64,000 nt of DNA. Origin: the human T2T-CHM13v2.0 reference genome, Homo sapiens. The translations under genes were made by a program, and so were the position numbers. Numbering within the stretch: position 1 is the first letter of the stretch; every line of letters starts with the position of its first letter. The DNA is taken from the NCBI RefSeq assembly GCF_009914755.1, contig NC_060942.1. One strand, 5' to 3'. The notes under the pieces were generated by a model. That model was given only the letters and a program-made list of their open reading frames with translations. It was not told where the DNA came from and made no database searches. Of this stretch, positions 1 to 16,140 are shown piece by piece.

Positions 1-677
1 GTATGTGACTCAGTGCGCATAGGCAAGAGTTTAGCTTTTCATTATTTTCAATAGAGTCTTACAGAAGTGGGAATGATTTACAAGTTTCAGTTTGTAGCAC
101 ATGTCATGCTGTGGATCAAATGTATAAAATAGAAGAGAATTGAGGGAGGTTATCTGGAAGAATATTAGATATGACAAGTACTTTAGGTACTTATATTTCT
201 AAGATCTCTGAGTCCTGGAATATTTAAAAGGACAAAAAAAGGAACAGTGTAAGGCTGATATAAAAATATTTTAAAACAATGAAATGATTCCTCAGGTATA
301 CCATAGAAATTATTAAATGTTAAGTAAAGCTTAGAAGAAATCCTAGAAATGATATATTCCAAGGTAATCATGCTCATTTTCCTTTAGATTGGTACAGTAA
401 AATAGAACAGCACACTCATGTTCCACTTCTTTGATTATCCTTTGTAAAATTCTATATTTCAAACTCCTAAGGAATGGCACTGACATTTTTGCAAGAGTAA
501 ATATGCTTAAAAATTTGTTATGCAATGCATGGTAGACCTATTCAGGCTCAGATAATGTAAAATGAGAAATAAACTACACTTACAAAACCACTTTGGACTG
601 GTCTCTAAAGCTAACCTTCTATTTAAATGCCTAATTTAGCTTCTTGCCATATATTAGTTTCTGCCAAATAATCTTGA

Positions 678-1052
<375 letters not shown>

Positions 1053-1414
1053 TAAGAGTGATAGTAAGAGTAATAACATTCATGATACTTTCCATGTTTT
1101 AGAATTAGGCAACCACATAACCAGCTAAAAACAGCTCTTGATTCTAAATGGATTCCAGGTCCTATACATAATCCTTAACACCAACCATAAAACTAAGAAC
1201 AGAGCAGGTGTTTAAAAGCTAATAATTAATTGATAACTCCTGAAGATTTCATTGTAGAGATTTTGTTTTTTAAAATGACTAGAAAAGAAATATGGACAAG
1301 AAGAAGAGAGGCTATTGTTAATTTGGTTTTCATGAAAAACAACCCAAAGCTAAATAAAACATTTTATCTGTACATGTTATTCAATCACCAGACTGTAACT
1401 TTCCAGAAATATTC

Positions 1415-1569
1415 TTTTCCTTTTTTTAATTTTTTCTTTTCTTTTTGTTTTTTGAGATAGGGTCTCACTCTGTCTCCCAGGCGGGTCTTGAACTCCTAGG
1501 CTCAAGCAATCCTACTGCCTCAGCCTCCCGAAGTGCTGGGATTGCAGGTATGAGCCACCATGCCTGGCC
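1415..1569 (-). mobile_element. FLAM_C / Alu left monomer
   Basis: Single monomer (GAGATAGGGTCTCACTCTG...GAGCCACCATGCCTGGCC); TSD CCAGAAATATTCT at 1403-1415 and 1570-1582. Confidence 0.88.
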
Positions 1570-2189
1570 CCAGAAATATTCTGAACGGTAAGTAGTAAGA
1601 ACATGTTTGTATATCAAAGTTACCAAACTAGAAATTCCTTTGACAGTATATAGGCAAAAAGTTTTCATTGTTTTCATAAGGAAATACTTCTAAAAGTGCC
1701 ATATTATCAGGAAGTTAATCAATCAATAATAAACTATAATGTTTTGATTAATTTTGGTGAAAATAGCTATAGTTTAAAAAAGACTAGTTTCATCAGCTAT
1801 AAAAATAATAAATTTCAGTAGGAAAAGTCCCACAGTTTCCACAGAACTCTGTAATAGGCCCGAGGGAACTCATGAAATAGAAAGAAAATAATAGAACTAA
1901 AAGCATAAAATCGGTACTTATTCCCAGCATAATTCATGATTTAGTAAAGAGGAAACATTGACTCGGAACACAATTTGAATGATGCTTAATAATCTGATGA
2001 AAGAGTGTATAAAATTTTACATACTGCTAAAGTGGAAAAAGGAAAAAAATTACCAATATACCAATATGCTTTGAATGATGAGTATAGGCTTTTTAAATGA
2101 AAAATACCTACTTATTATGGAAATGAGAACTCCATGACTTTATTTAGAATAACAGATTTAATCACGCTAATTACCAAGTCAGTTCCCTC

Positions 2190-2275
2190 ACATACTTATG
2201 TCAAAGCATCCCATTGTTTTGATTGTACCCTAAATGTACAATTATTATTTGCCAACTAAAAATAAATTTTAAATG
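2190..2275 (+). mobile_element. L1M 3' terminal fragment
   Basis: CATACTTATGTCAAA...ATTGTACCCTAAATGTACAATTATTATTTGCCAACTAAAAATAAA resembles L1MA/MB 3' ends. Confidence 0.5.
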
Positions 2276-3703
2276 TAAATAGGATTGCAGATTTAAAGTT
2301 AAACATTCATTGCCTTACTATGCAAACAATTAAAGTACAATTTATCTTTTATCTTAATTATTACAATTGTAACTTAATAGGGTCTGCCTTCCCAAAAGTC
2401 TATCCAACTTTTAGATCATGATTCTAAGTGTTGGGAAAACCATTCATTTTCATTACTTGTCTAAAAGGTTTCAAGAGCTCCCATAAGCTAGGTCATCAGC
2501 TTGGAAGTCATACAGTAAAAGAAAAGTTAACCACAAAATGCAAACTTGCTTTTAAGTTCGTAGGACAGTTTATAAAGGTTACTCTCATACTTACTGCAAA
2601 TTGAATCACACAAAAGTCAATACATAAAAATATATTGTCTTTGTTCGATCAGGATGTTTTCTCAGCCTATGCCAACTTTTTACACAGATCTCTGCAAAGT
2701 CAGCAAATCAACATGGAATTCAGATCTATGGAGCCTTTGATTCACTTTGGGGGATACGGGCGAAGAGAATTATAATAATACTGCGGCAGCCTAAGTGTTG
2801 AATAATCTAAGAGATTTTTTATTTATTTAGCAGAAAGCATAGAGAGGGGAGCATTATAAGAAACACTTTAGGTAGCTGGTTTTTGTTTGTTTGCTTGTGT
2901 TCTTTTCTAATGAAAACAATCTTATCTATGCCAAATTGAGGAAAACTGTGTTCTAGTTATTCTTTGTACCAGAAAAATGTGCTGATATACAATATTAATA
3001 TCATCCCATAATTAGTTTATACCAAGATATTTATAAGAAATCTTGAGTTAAATGGTACAAGAATTTTGTGATTTACCAAGGGAGAAAAATTTACAGTGAT
3101 AAAGGTAAAAATGAGCACCTTCAAAGACGTGATGTCTTTCTTCCTCCTCTCATCCTCTTTGGGCTCACTTATTTCATGAAGCTCTTCACTAAGCTGTGAA
3201 AATCTTGACCATTCGCCCTCAGACCAAATGCGCTGGCTCTGAGCAGCACTTTGTGGATTGCTGCCCTTTACAGCTGTAAAACCACGAACACATGGCATGG
3301 CCTCGGCCTTCAAGAGTGTGTACACAGCACACTCTTGAAGCACACAGCAGCATCTTCTGAGATGGTTTTCTTCCCCAAATAACTTATGAGGACATAGCCA
3401 TGTTGCAGGAACAGATTAACAAGAAGGCCAGTGCTGAGCCTAGTGTAATCTTTCAAATTTCTCCAGAATTGTTTTGTAAAAAGCTACAACTGGCGAGAGA
3501 CAACTTCCTTTATTCTTTCCGGCACTGATTCAATTTGGAACTTTTGTTCCATTTCTAGTCCACACGGATGTGCTATATTTACCTGTAGGTTACAATTGTA
3601 CAGAAGTGTTTTAGCATGATGGCTGTTTTTTAATTTGAAAATACTACTGCTGTTGAAAAATCATTCAACTTACAGTCGGAACACTTGGCCCTTAAAACCT
3701 AAT

Positions 3704-4183
3704 TGGCAGGCAGGCTAAATCACGGCCCCTGAAGATGCTCATGTCTCAATTCCCAGAACCTGTGAATATGTTGGGTTAAACGGGAAAGAGGAAAGCATGG
3801 TTGCTAATCAGCTGACCTTAAAATAAGGGGATCATCCTGGATTATCCTTGTGGGTCCAGTGTAATCAGAAGGTCCTTAAAAGTGAAACAGGGAGGCCAAA
3901 GAAGAGAGTCAGCACGAGCAGTCACGACAGCGAAGGGAAGGAAGAGATGTGGTGTCACCAGCTCGGCAGATGGAGGAGGGGCCTCTGGAAGCTGGAACAG
4001 GCAAGAAGATGGATTCTCTTCTAGAGTCCTCAGAAAGAAACACAGCCCTGCTGATGCCTTGATTTTAGCTCAGGGAGTCCCTTATTAGACTTCTGGACTA
4101 CACAACTCTGAGCTATATGCTTTTCTTGTCTTAAACCTCTACTTTATGGCAATGTGCTACAGCAGCAGTTAAAAATGTAATAC
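3704..4183 (+). mobile_element. MLT1D-like MaLR solo LTR
   Basis: CCCAGAACCTGTGAATATGTT, GTTGCTAATCAGCTGACCTTAAAT, GATTATCC, CCTTGATTTTAGC and 3' ACAGCAGCAG...TAATAC are MLT1D hallmarks. Confidence 0.85.
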
Positions 4184-4414
4184 GGGCAGTAGGTCTGCTT
4201 TCTAGAGGCAAAAGTCACAAAATCTCTTTGTGATCCAATTCTATTATCTGTCAAATAAATAGGTTACATCAGGGTCCTTCAAGCTTTGCAAACAGCAAAT
4301 GTCATGAAGTATGAAGCCCTTTTGGTAGGAGCAAATATGTAATTGAAGAGCCACTGCTGCTGTTCCCAGCAAGCCCAGAGAGAATGGAGGGGGCAGACAC
4401 CATGATGGAGACAG

Positions 4415-4712
4415 ATGATGGCAGTAAGAGGTGGGACCTTTGGAAGGTGATTAGGTCATGGACACAAAACTCTCATGAATGGGATTAGTACCCTTTTCAA
4501 AGAGACCCCAGAGGGCTAGTTAGTCCTTTCCACCATGAAGGCACAGTGAGAAGGGAGCACCTATGGGCCAGGAAGTGAGCCTCACCAAACACCAAACGCT
4601 GGCACCTTGATCTTGTTCTTTCCATCCTCCAAAACAGTGAGCAATAATTTTTGTTGTTTATAAACCACCCAGTCCATGGCATTTTGTTGTAGCAGCTGGA
4701 GCAGACTCATAT
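4415..4712 (+). mobile_element. MLT1A/A0-like MaLR LTR (5' truncated)
   Basis: GAGGTGGGACCTTTGGAAGGTGATTAGGTCATG...CTCATGAATGGGATTAGT...GCTGGCACCTTGATCTTG...TTTATAAACCACCCAGTC. Confidence 0.85.
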
Positions 4713-5434
4713 AATAGCAATCTTTACTGAGTACTTGCTATGCACTGGACACTGCAGTATCCTTCCATGGATATGGGATTTTTTTTTCCCCACAAAGTTT
4801 CTCCCTGATGGATTCAAAAGTGTTCTTTGTCGAAGACATTGCGCCAGACCAAGAAGGCTCTAGGGCCCTCAGAAACATGGCAGACAGAGAAAGATAGAGG
4901 ACACAGCAGAGGCCAGAGCCCAGGGAGGATACAGCACAATGCCACCGCCACAGGCGTCTGGGTAGGAGGGCCCAGCGGGTGACTTGACCAGCAAGGCCAG
5001 CATTGGAGTGACAGAGATCCTTGCCAAGTCCTGTTCCTGGCTTCTTCTCCAAGCCTGTGTCATGGTGTGGCTACATGTCTCGATGAGAGCAGAAGGTGGG
5101 AGGAGTTAGAACCATCTTCTTTGACGTCAGTCTGCACCCCTCCTGCAGGAGGACAATGAGCTCCTGTGAGGCTTTTGTCCTTGGGTGTGGTGTGGTCACC
5201 CTGATCCTGAACACCATCAGGGCAGGCCTGAGGCTGGGATCCCAGGCTGCTTCCCCAGGACTCCACCTGAGGTTTCTTCATCAGGGTCGGCCCTTCAGGA
5301 CTCCTGGCATCTGGAGACCATCCTGTCGACCCCCTGGAGAGGTCAGGCCGGAGCCTCGACACCGACGCACTGCCACGGAGGGCTCCTGCTTCACCAAGCC
5401 TCAGGGAGCCATCCTCTCCTTCCCATCTATTTCA

Positions 5435-5600
5435 TTAATTCTCGCCGTAACTTTAGGAGATAGGTAGAAACATTATTCCCATTTTATCTGTATGAAAACT
5501 TGGGTTCATCGGTAGCCTTTGGTCCCAGGTCACATACCTGTTATGTGGCTGGGCTGCAACTTGCACCCTGACACCTGCACAGTGAGCTGACATTCTCAAA
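5435..5600 (-). mobile_element. MIR
   Basis: ATTATTCCCATTTTATCTGTATGAAAACT...CCCAGGTCACATACCTGTTATGTGGC, antisense MIR core. Confidence 0.7.
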
Positions 5601-5634
5601 TCAATCACTCCATGATTCTGCATGGCCAGCAGTT

Positions 5635-5775
5635 CATACATTCGCCAAATAGTTCATCAACCAATAAATCTTTACTGATCACCTGCTATGTGCCAGGCAC
5701 TATTTCAGGTAACAAGGATATAGCAATAATCAAAAAAAGATAATGCCCAAGCTCTCAAACAGCCTGTAATTAGTA
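5635..5775 (-). mobile_element. L2 3' end
   Basis: TTTACTGATCACCTGCTATGTGCCAGGCACT, antisense L2a terminus. Confidence 0.75.
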
Positions 5776-7165
5776 GCAGCTGATATAATCAAGAAATATT
5801 TATCAAGTGCTTATTGTGCTAGGGAGCTGACTGAATACTGGAGCCTATTAAATCCAGTATATGCGTCCCACACATAGGCCTGGATGGTCATTTCATCTAA
5901 AATCCCTGTCTTCTGCATGATGCGTGAAGTTGTTTACAGGTAGATTGAGTTGCTCACTGTTTGCCATAGGGAGTGGCTCTTTTTCTACAAAACAACACAC
6001 AGAGAATTTGGCAATTATCGAACTTCATCTAAGCCTGTAAGATTTGACTTTATTCCTACTTGGAAATGAGGAGGAAAATTGGGTCAGAAAAAAAGGGATT
6101 TTACAGGTATTAGGGAGCTCAAGTTTACTTAGTATGGCAAAGTTCAAAATATAGCAGGGACATGATAGAATACTTTTCAGTTTCTAACCAGAAAGGACAT
6201 CATTTAGTGGAAGAAAATCCAGCTATTTCATAGCGAATGATAAATTGGCAAAATCACTAGCTTTGCTCTTATACAGCATTAGCAATGATGGCAGATAATT
6301 TTGGCTTGTCAAGTTTCTGCTTTTCGTCATGTTCATGTGAGAAAAAGGTTTTAAGCTTAAAATGTCACAGTATAGTAATATTTATTTATATCAATTTTTA
6401 TTCCAAAATAATTTGTGGTAACTCAATGTCATAATTTTAAGGATTTAGTAAATCCACTAAGCATAATTTTAGAAGACTCTCTGAAAGGGCTTCATCTTTT
6501 TTCCTCAAGGCCCACAAATCTTCACAAGGGCTTATCTTTTAAGAATGCATTTAGAATTCTTTCTCATTCTACACACCCATGAATCACATCGGAATATCAC
6601 AGTGGAACTTCGTGTTCTCTAAACTTTTTCTTTTTTTAAAAAAACTCATATTTTGATAAATTAAGATTAGATTAGTGAGATTTGACTATGGCCAGAGGAA
6701 GACTACATTTGTAATTAATACATTACTGAAACAAAATGGGTGTCTATATCAGAGGGTAGGAATGGAAGAATACCATGGGTGCGACTCTTTTTATCCTAAA
6801 TGGTGATCTTCTATAATCAAACCAGTAGAGAACACAAGTTTAAGCATTTTAAATAAGAAAAAACTCCTTGGCCATACAGGGGCAGTTTCTACCAACAGAT
6901 TTATAGCTTCCACAAAAAATAAATATTAGAGATTATTCGTTGAGGTTATACCATGTTTCCAGCACTATGCATTCCTTCTGCTGGGGCAGCAAAGTGTCGT
7001 CTTTCAAAGGATTATTCCACTGATGAAAAGAAAATGTTTACTATATGTATATATATAATATGATTATGTATGTATACATATACACATGTGTGTATATATT
7101 TGATAATTTGATGGTTACTTTTCTCTCTTGGAAGTTAACCTATAAAGTGTGTTATGCTATACATG

Positions 7166-7220
7166 CACACAGACACAGACACACATACACACCACACACA
7201 CACACACACACACACACACA
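7166..7220. repeat. (CA)n microsatellite
   Basis: Interrupted CA dinucleotide run read directly. Confidence 0.95.
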
Positions 7221-9018
7221 ACTTCATAATTGCTCTAGATACCCGAATTCAAGCAAGAAAGTAAGAAAAATAGTGATGACTTTAGATTTGCCTTTGGGAA
7301 AAACATACCATATGTTTATAAAAAAGGTCCAAACTGCTGGCAGATTTAAGGAGGGAAAGAGAGTTGACTTTTTTGCCTGTCCATGTGCAAATCCTCTTGG
7401 CAGTTTGGGAGATGGGGCAGGAACTGAACTGAGGTCTGAGGGATCCCCGAGTTCTTGCTGCCCAGGCACCTCAGCTCAGGAGGACTGTGTGTTTAAAGGG
7501 AAGAGAGAATCATTGGGAGGGCCATCATCCTTGAGACTGAAAATGCAGGCTCTGTAGGAAGTCCTAAGCTATTTAGGAAAATAGTCAGGAGGCTTGTTTC
7601 CCATGCAACATCTACTTTTAAAATGTTTGCTTTGAAAACGTAATTATAAAAGAAAGCCACTGCTTAGCTCATCTTTCTTGGGAGGAAAGAATATTACATT
7701 ATAAGATCAAGAAAATAAAGAGGCTTTTAGTGTTAGAACTCACAAGTTCAGTTTCAGTAATTCTAGGCGGTTAAAGGGATAAAAAAGCCAAATAGGAGCC
7801 TTGTCAGCAATCGTGAATACTCTGCATAAAGCTAAAGAAAATGCTTTGCAGCTGCTGTCAATTGTTTAAGGAAGATTTCATAGCAACTTTAGAACTCTCA
7901 AGCCTCGGCAGTACTGGCTTGTCCGAAAAGTTTGTCTATAAATTTCTGTAGACTGTTAATCAGTGTTATCGGAAGTTCTGTACCCATTATGCCCAGGGTG
8001 CCATAAAGTTAGTTTTATGGTCACTTAATTTTAAAGAGCATATGATTGATCTGAAACCTCCAAATTGAATATATACATGGTAAACATCTCTAAATAGAGA
8101 TCATTTTTAAATACATTTCTATAATTACTATATATATATAATAATTTTGATGGGTAAAATAATTTTTAAAACATTATTTTGCCAAAATTTATGCTATATC
8201 TCAATTTTGTTTCATAACTGTTCCCTGAGCATGAACAATTCTAATGGGGATTGTATTAAAAATAAGTGTCTTTGTTTTGGGAAGATTCCACCTTGGTATG
8301 TAATGGACAATCACGGCAAGTGTCTTTTGTGGGAACTTCCTATGTGTGGAGGGATGTTTAAGAAGCAGCTACATGGACACACCTCAGACTCTTATTCCCC
8401 AGAAGCTTTGCTCTTTGGGTGGCCCAAGCTCCCTGAAGCAGTCATCCCATAACTGACCACAGAAACCCTCCGTAAATTTCATACCATCTCACCCTTCTTT
8501 TAGTATCAGGCCAGAAACAGCCTGAGACCTTGAGTCATTCCTGTCCCCAAAGAATCCTGGGCTTACAGTTAAGGTATCTAAAGTCAGCCACTTCTTGGGC
8601 TTCTCACCCACCCACTCACCCCCATCCTTTCCAGACCCTCATCCCCCACCTACTGCACTGTCCTGGGTTTACACGTTCGAACTCCCATTCCTCTCACATC
8701 TTTCCAGTTTCATTCTGGAGCTGTCGATGTAAGCCAACTCCCCAACCACGTTATGGTTTTCAGGAAATCCCTTCCCATTCACTTGCCTTATCCACTTGAA
8801 CCACAGTACAGTGGGTGCAGAATGTTTTCCTGCCTCCATACTGCTATATCTAGGCTAGTACTCTTTCACTTCCAGGTAGTCATTAACACTCATTTGAGTT
8901 AATGAATTTTGTTTTATGTCCCAGGATATAGGCTATCCTGATGAATGTGTCATGGATGCTTTAAAAATGTACATTCTGTTGTTTTGCAGTGGCATGTTTC
9001 TCTATACATGTTATTTAG

Positions 9019-9387
<369 letters not shown>

Positions 9388-9856
9388 CCTTCCCTTTACT
9401 TTGTACCTACCTATGTTGTTGTATTTGAAGTGACTTCAGTGCACACAGCATATTACTTGGTCATGGGATGTTTTAATGTACTCTGCCAATCTCTGTATTA
9501 AATTGGTGTGTTTAGCCAATTTATTCTTAAACTAATTATGGATATGTTAAGGCTTATGGCTGCTATTTATGTTTTCTGTTTGTTTCTCTGTTTTCGGTTC
9601 CTGTGTTTCTCTTTTCCTGTCTTCCTGTGTGCTACTTGAACATTTTGAAGGATTCTATTGTGTTTTCTTTATGCCGATTTTGAGCATATCGCTTTGTATA
9701 ATTTTCTTAGCAGTTTCTCTAGGTATCACAATATACACATAGAACTTATCATAGCCTATAGGTATTAATGTTTTACCACTTTGAATAAAGTGTTGAACCT
9801 TTACTTCCATTTGTTGCCTTTGCTTTCCCCACTTTTAAAATATGTCTCAGGACTTC

Positions 9857-9893
9857 ATACATATATATGCATATATATGTATATGTGTATTTA

Positions 9894-9942
<49 letters not shown>
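9857..9942. repeat. Compound (TA)n/(TG)n/(CA)n microsatellite
   Basis: Read directly. Confidence 0.95.
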
Positions 9943-9943
<1 letters not shown>

Positions 9944-11020
9944 GATCCCAACATCAGATGGTATTATGATTTCTGCTTTAGTAATCAAATGACTTCATAA
10001 ATTAATTAGGATAATAATATTCTATTATACTCAATTCCTACTTTTACCCGTCTGTTGTTCTTTCCCTTCTGAGGTTCCAGTACTTCTTATGTTATCATAT
10101 ACTTTCTGTTCAAAGAACTTCTTCTGGCCATTATTTAAGGGTAGGTCTGCTGGTAGTTCTTTTAATTTTAAAAATTAAGAGAACTAAAATTAAGAGAAAT
10201 GTTCTCTTAGTTTTCCTTTGCCTGTGGATGACTTTGTTTCCCTTCATTCATGAAGGATAGTATTGCTGGAATTAGAAATTGCAATTAACAGTACTTTCAG
10301 CACTTGAGAAATGTTTGTCACTTCGTTCTGGGTTCTTTGGTTTCAGAGGAATTATCAAATCTCATTCAAATCGGTGGTCCCTATAGGCAATGCTTCATTT
10401 TTCTCTGGCTTCTTTTAAGATGTTTTCAGAAGTTTAATTATGATACGTTTTGTCATGAATTTCTTTGGTTTTATTATTTTGGCTTCATTTCCCTATTTGA
10501 ATCTGTAGGTTATATATAGTTTAGATAGTTTGCCTAATTTTGGAAGTTTCCAGCCATTATTTATTTGAATAATTTTTCGGTCTCAGACTCTTTCTCTTCT
10601 CTTTCTGGGACTCAGACCATATGATGACCAAATGATCTGTGTTAGATATTTTATTATTGTCTGCAGCTATCTGAAAATCTTTAATTTTTTATCCATTCTT
10701 TTTCTGTTGTTTGACTGAATAAATTATTTGTTGATCTGTCCTCAAATTTACTAACTCCATCCTCTGTCATCTCTCATCTTCTTTTGAGCTCATCCAGTGA
10801 GGACTTTGTTTTTTTTTTTAATTTGGTTGTTGTTATTTTGTATTTTTCACATAATTTTCATTTGATTCTTTTTTATAACTTCTTTTTCTTTGCTGATATT
10901 TTGTATTTTGCAATTGCTTGTGGAAACATTTTTATAACACTTGCTTTAAAGTACTTGTCAGATACCCCCAACACCTGATTGATTATAGGATTGTGATTTT
11001 TTAAAAAAAATTATTTGTAA

Positions 11021-11395
<375 letters not shown>

Positions 11396-12574
11396 TAATT
11401 ATCTCCTGGACATTTTTGGATATTATTTTAGGATAATCTAGATCCTATTTAATTTGCCTATTTTAGCATGCATTCTCTCTGTTTAGGCTTAGCATACAGG
11501 TTTGGGCTTACTTTTGGGGCTATGGGTCCAATGATAATTTAGCTTATGGAGCTTCTATTCTGGTCTGCTTCATTCACCTGGCCCCACTGGGGCTCCCATT
11601 TAATCCCTGCTGGTTCTATCTGCAGAATAATTCTAATGCAGAATGCATTTCCCCTGGCCTGTTGCTGTTGAGTAGGACATGTAAGATGCAGGTAGAGAGA
11701 ACTGTGCCCTCCAGGGTGCTAGGAGCTGACAGGGCTCCTACTCAATCCTTGATGGTGCCATCCCCAGGGACAAAAGAAGCTTCCTGCTCTGCCCAATGCC
11801 TCTAGGTAGGGATGACGGTCACTAGGCCTGCTTTCCAGGTGACTTGGTTCCAGGGGGCTGCCAGCTTAATCTCTGGCAGTGCTGTTGGAGAGAAGAACAC
11901 CTATCTGGGCCACTTTCTGCTATAGGAGGCAGATAGGGTATGTTGGGAAAGACCAGAATGTGGTCTCTCTATGCCACTGGAATTGTAGAAGGTATGGGCC
12001 TGAGTGCTCTTCTGCTCCATAAGGGCCAGGAGAGGCCATCTTGGCTGGGCCATTCTTTCTCGGCCCTTTGGCCTAGACTTTACTTGGGCTTTTTTTGTTG
12101 TTGTCTATGCCTGTTTGTAATTCCAGGTTGGAGGTCTCTCTAGCACCTAGTCTGGGATATTTGGGAGATGAAAAGAAAACCCAGGGACTCCGTTGCCATA
12201 CTCTTCCTCAAGTTTTCCACTCTGGCTGGTGACAACAGGACCTGTTCCTGACTCTCAGGGAACTGTTTGGGTTGTTCCATTGGTTTGGATTGTTCCAATT
12301 ACTTGAATTGTTCATCTGGATAATTCATTTGGATCGTCCTAGTTCAGTCAAGAGAAGCTTCCTCTCATGCATGCATTAACTGTGCTCAGCCAAAGACGTT
12401 AGAGGGCCCTCTGTGGCCCTCCAGAGCAGAGTGCTGTGGCATGTCACCTTTTAAAGGACACTCAAAATTATCAGTGAATTCATCAATAGAACAATATAAA
12501 CCAATTATAACAATTTATAATTTCTATAATTTCTTTATTTATACTATAGTCCAGTCAGTGATGAAAAATGAACT

Positions 12575-14760
<2,186 letters not shown>

Positions 14761-14779
14761 AACAGCAGCTGGGTTCTAA

Positions 14780-16140
14780 CATCTGCTTCCACATGCAATA
14801 GGTTGCAATATGTTGTTTAAGATGAAGTAGATGAAGAATATCCAGCCTCACAGAGATGTACAATGTGTTTGGAAAATAAAGGATTGCATTAATAGTTTTC
14901 CAGATTATTATACATATTCTTCATTGACAGTACACCAAAACTAGACAAATGGTAATTTCTTTTTTTTTTTTTTTTTTTTTTTGAGATGGAGTCTCGCACT
15001 GTAGCCCAGGCTGGAGTACAGTCGCATGATCTCGGCTTGCTGCAAGCTCCGCCTCCTGGGTTCACGGCATTCTCTTGCCTCAGTCTCCCGAGTAGCTGGG
15101 ACTACAGGTGCCCGCCACCACGTCCGGCTAATTTTTTGTATTTTTAATGGAGACGGAGTTTGACCGTGTTAGCCAGGATGGTCTCGATCTCCTGACCTCA
15201 TGATCCTCCTGCCTTGGCCTCCCAAAGTGCTGGGATTACAGGTGTGAGCCACTGCACCTGGCTGACAAATGGTAATTTCTTAAAGTTTAACTGCAATGAG
15301 GAGTCTGTATCCAAATCAATGAAATATTTTTGTTACATGAAATTCATTGGTCTATCTTTCACTTGGAATGAATCATGTATCTCAGCATGATTGTGTTACA
15401 TGACACATTTATCATTTGGGAAATATCCATTCAAAGCTTTATGCTGATTTTATAAATGTTAATACATTTCATTACATTGTATAAAGAAATTTACAATTGT
15501 TATTTTCACTACAAATCTTATCATAAATTCTTTAAAACTGGGACGTTGTCAGGCACATCATGATGGTTGTAAGTTTTCAGAAATTCTAATATTCACTTGA
15601 AACTTTTATCGTCAGCAACAAATACCATCCATTGTTTTTTTTTTTTTTGAAAGCAACAGATTCTCTTCAGTTTTGTGAGGAAATTTTTGGCCAAAACCTG
15701 TCTGAATAACAGAAGCTTGTCAGTCGTTATTTCAGTAACACTTGTGTTTATTGCAACTGACGTGATTGCAGGAGCTGCACAGGGCACTTGTCCATCCTAC
15801 TTGAGCATGCAGCAGACACCATTTCTCCACACAATGTTAAGAAGACAGTAACGGGCCACTGTGTAATCAACACTGTTTCATCAATGGCATTCTTAAGTGA
15901 AGCTGACATTCTTTTCTTAACTGTGATTGTGTGGCAATCAATCTTATCATAATGGCTGGAATGTTTTTTGCCACTTGTTTGATTCTTGCTCAGATGTCAG
16001 CATTTTTTCTCACCCTTTCAAGACAAATGTCAACATGGTGAAAAGATAATTAGCATTTTAGTTCTATTATGAAAGTAGTTTTGACCTCATGAATCTGTTG
16101 GCAAATTTACAGAAACCCTGAGTCCACACTTTGAATCCTA
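14780..16140 (-). mobile_element. Charlie1a-like hAT DNA transposon (with Alu insertion)
   Basis: GATGAAGAATATCCAGCCTCACA, TACACCAAAACTAGACAAATGGTAATTTCT, CAAATGTCAACA...TAGTTTTGACCTC...CCACACTTTGA match antisense Charlie1a including its terminus. Confidence 0.82.
14960..15263 (-). mobile_element. AluY
   Basis: AluY diagnostics; TSD GACAAATGGTAATTTCTT (14944-14961 / 15264-15281). Confidence 0.95.

Noticed and set aside
3017-3343. 108-aa minus-strand ORF in unique DNA
   Set aside because: Non-ATG start, no protein family recognised and weak splice signals; a lncRNA exon cannot be excluded.
7045-7557. Longest ORF (170 aa)
   Set aside because: It runs through TA and CA microsatellites (HTHTHT), with no recognisable domain or splice context.
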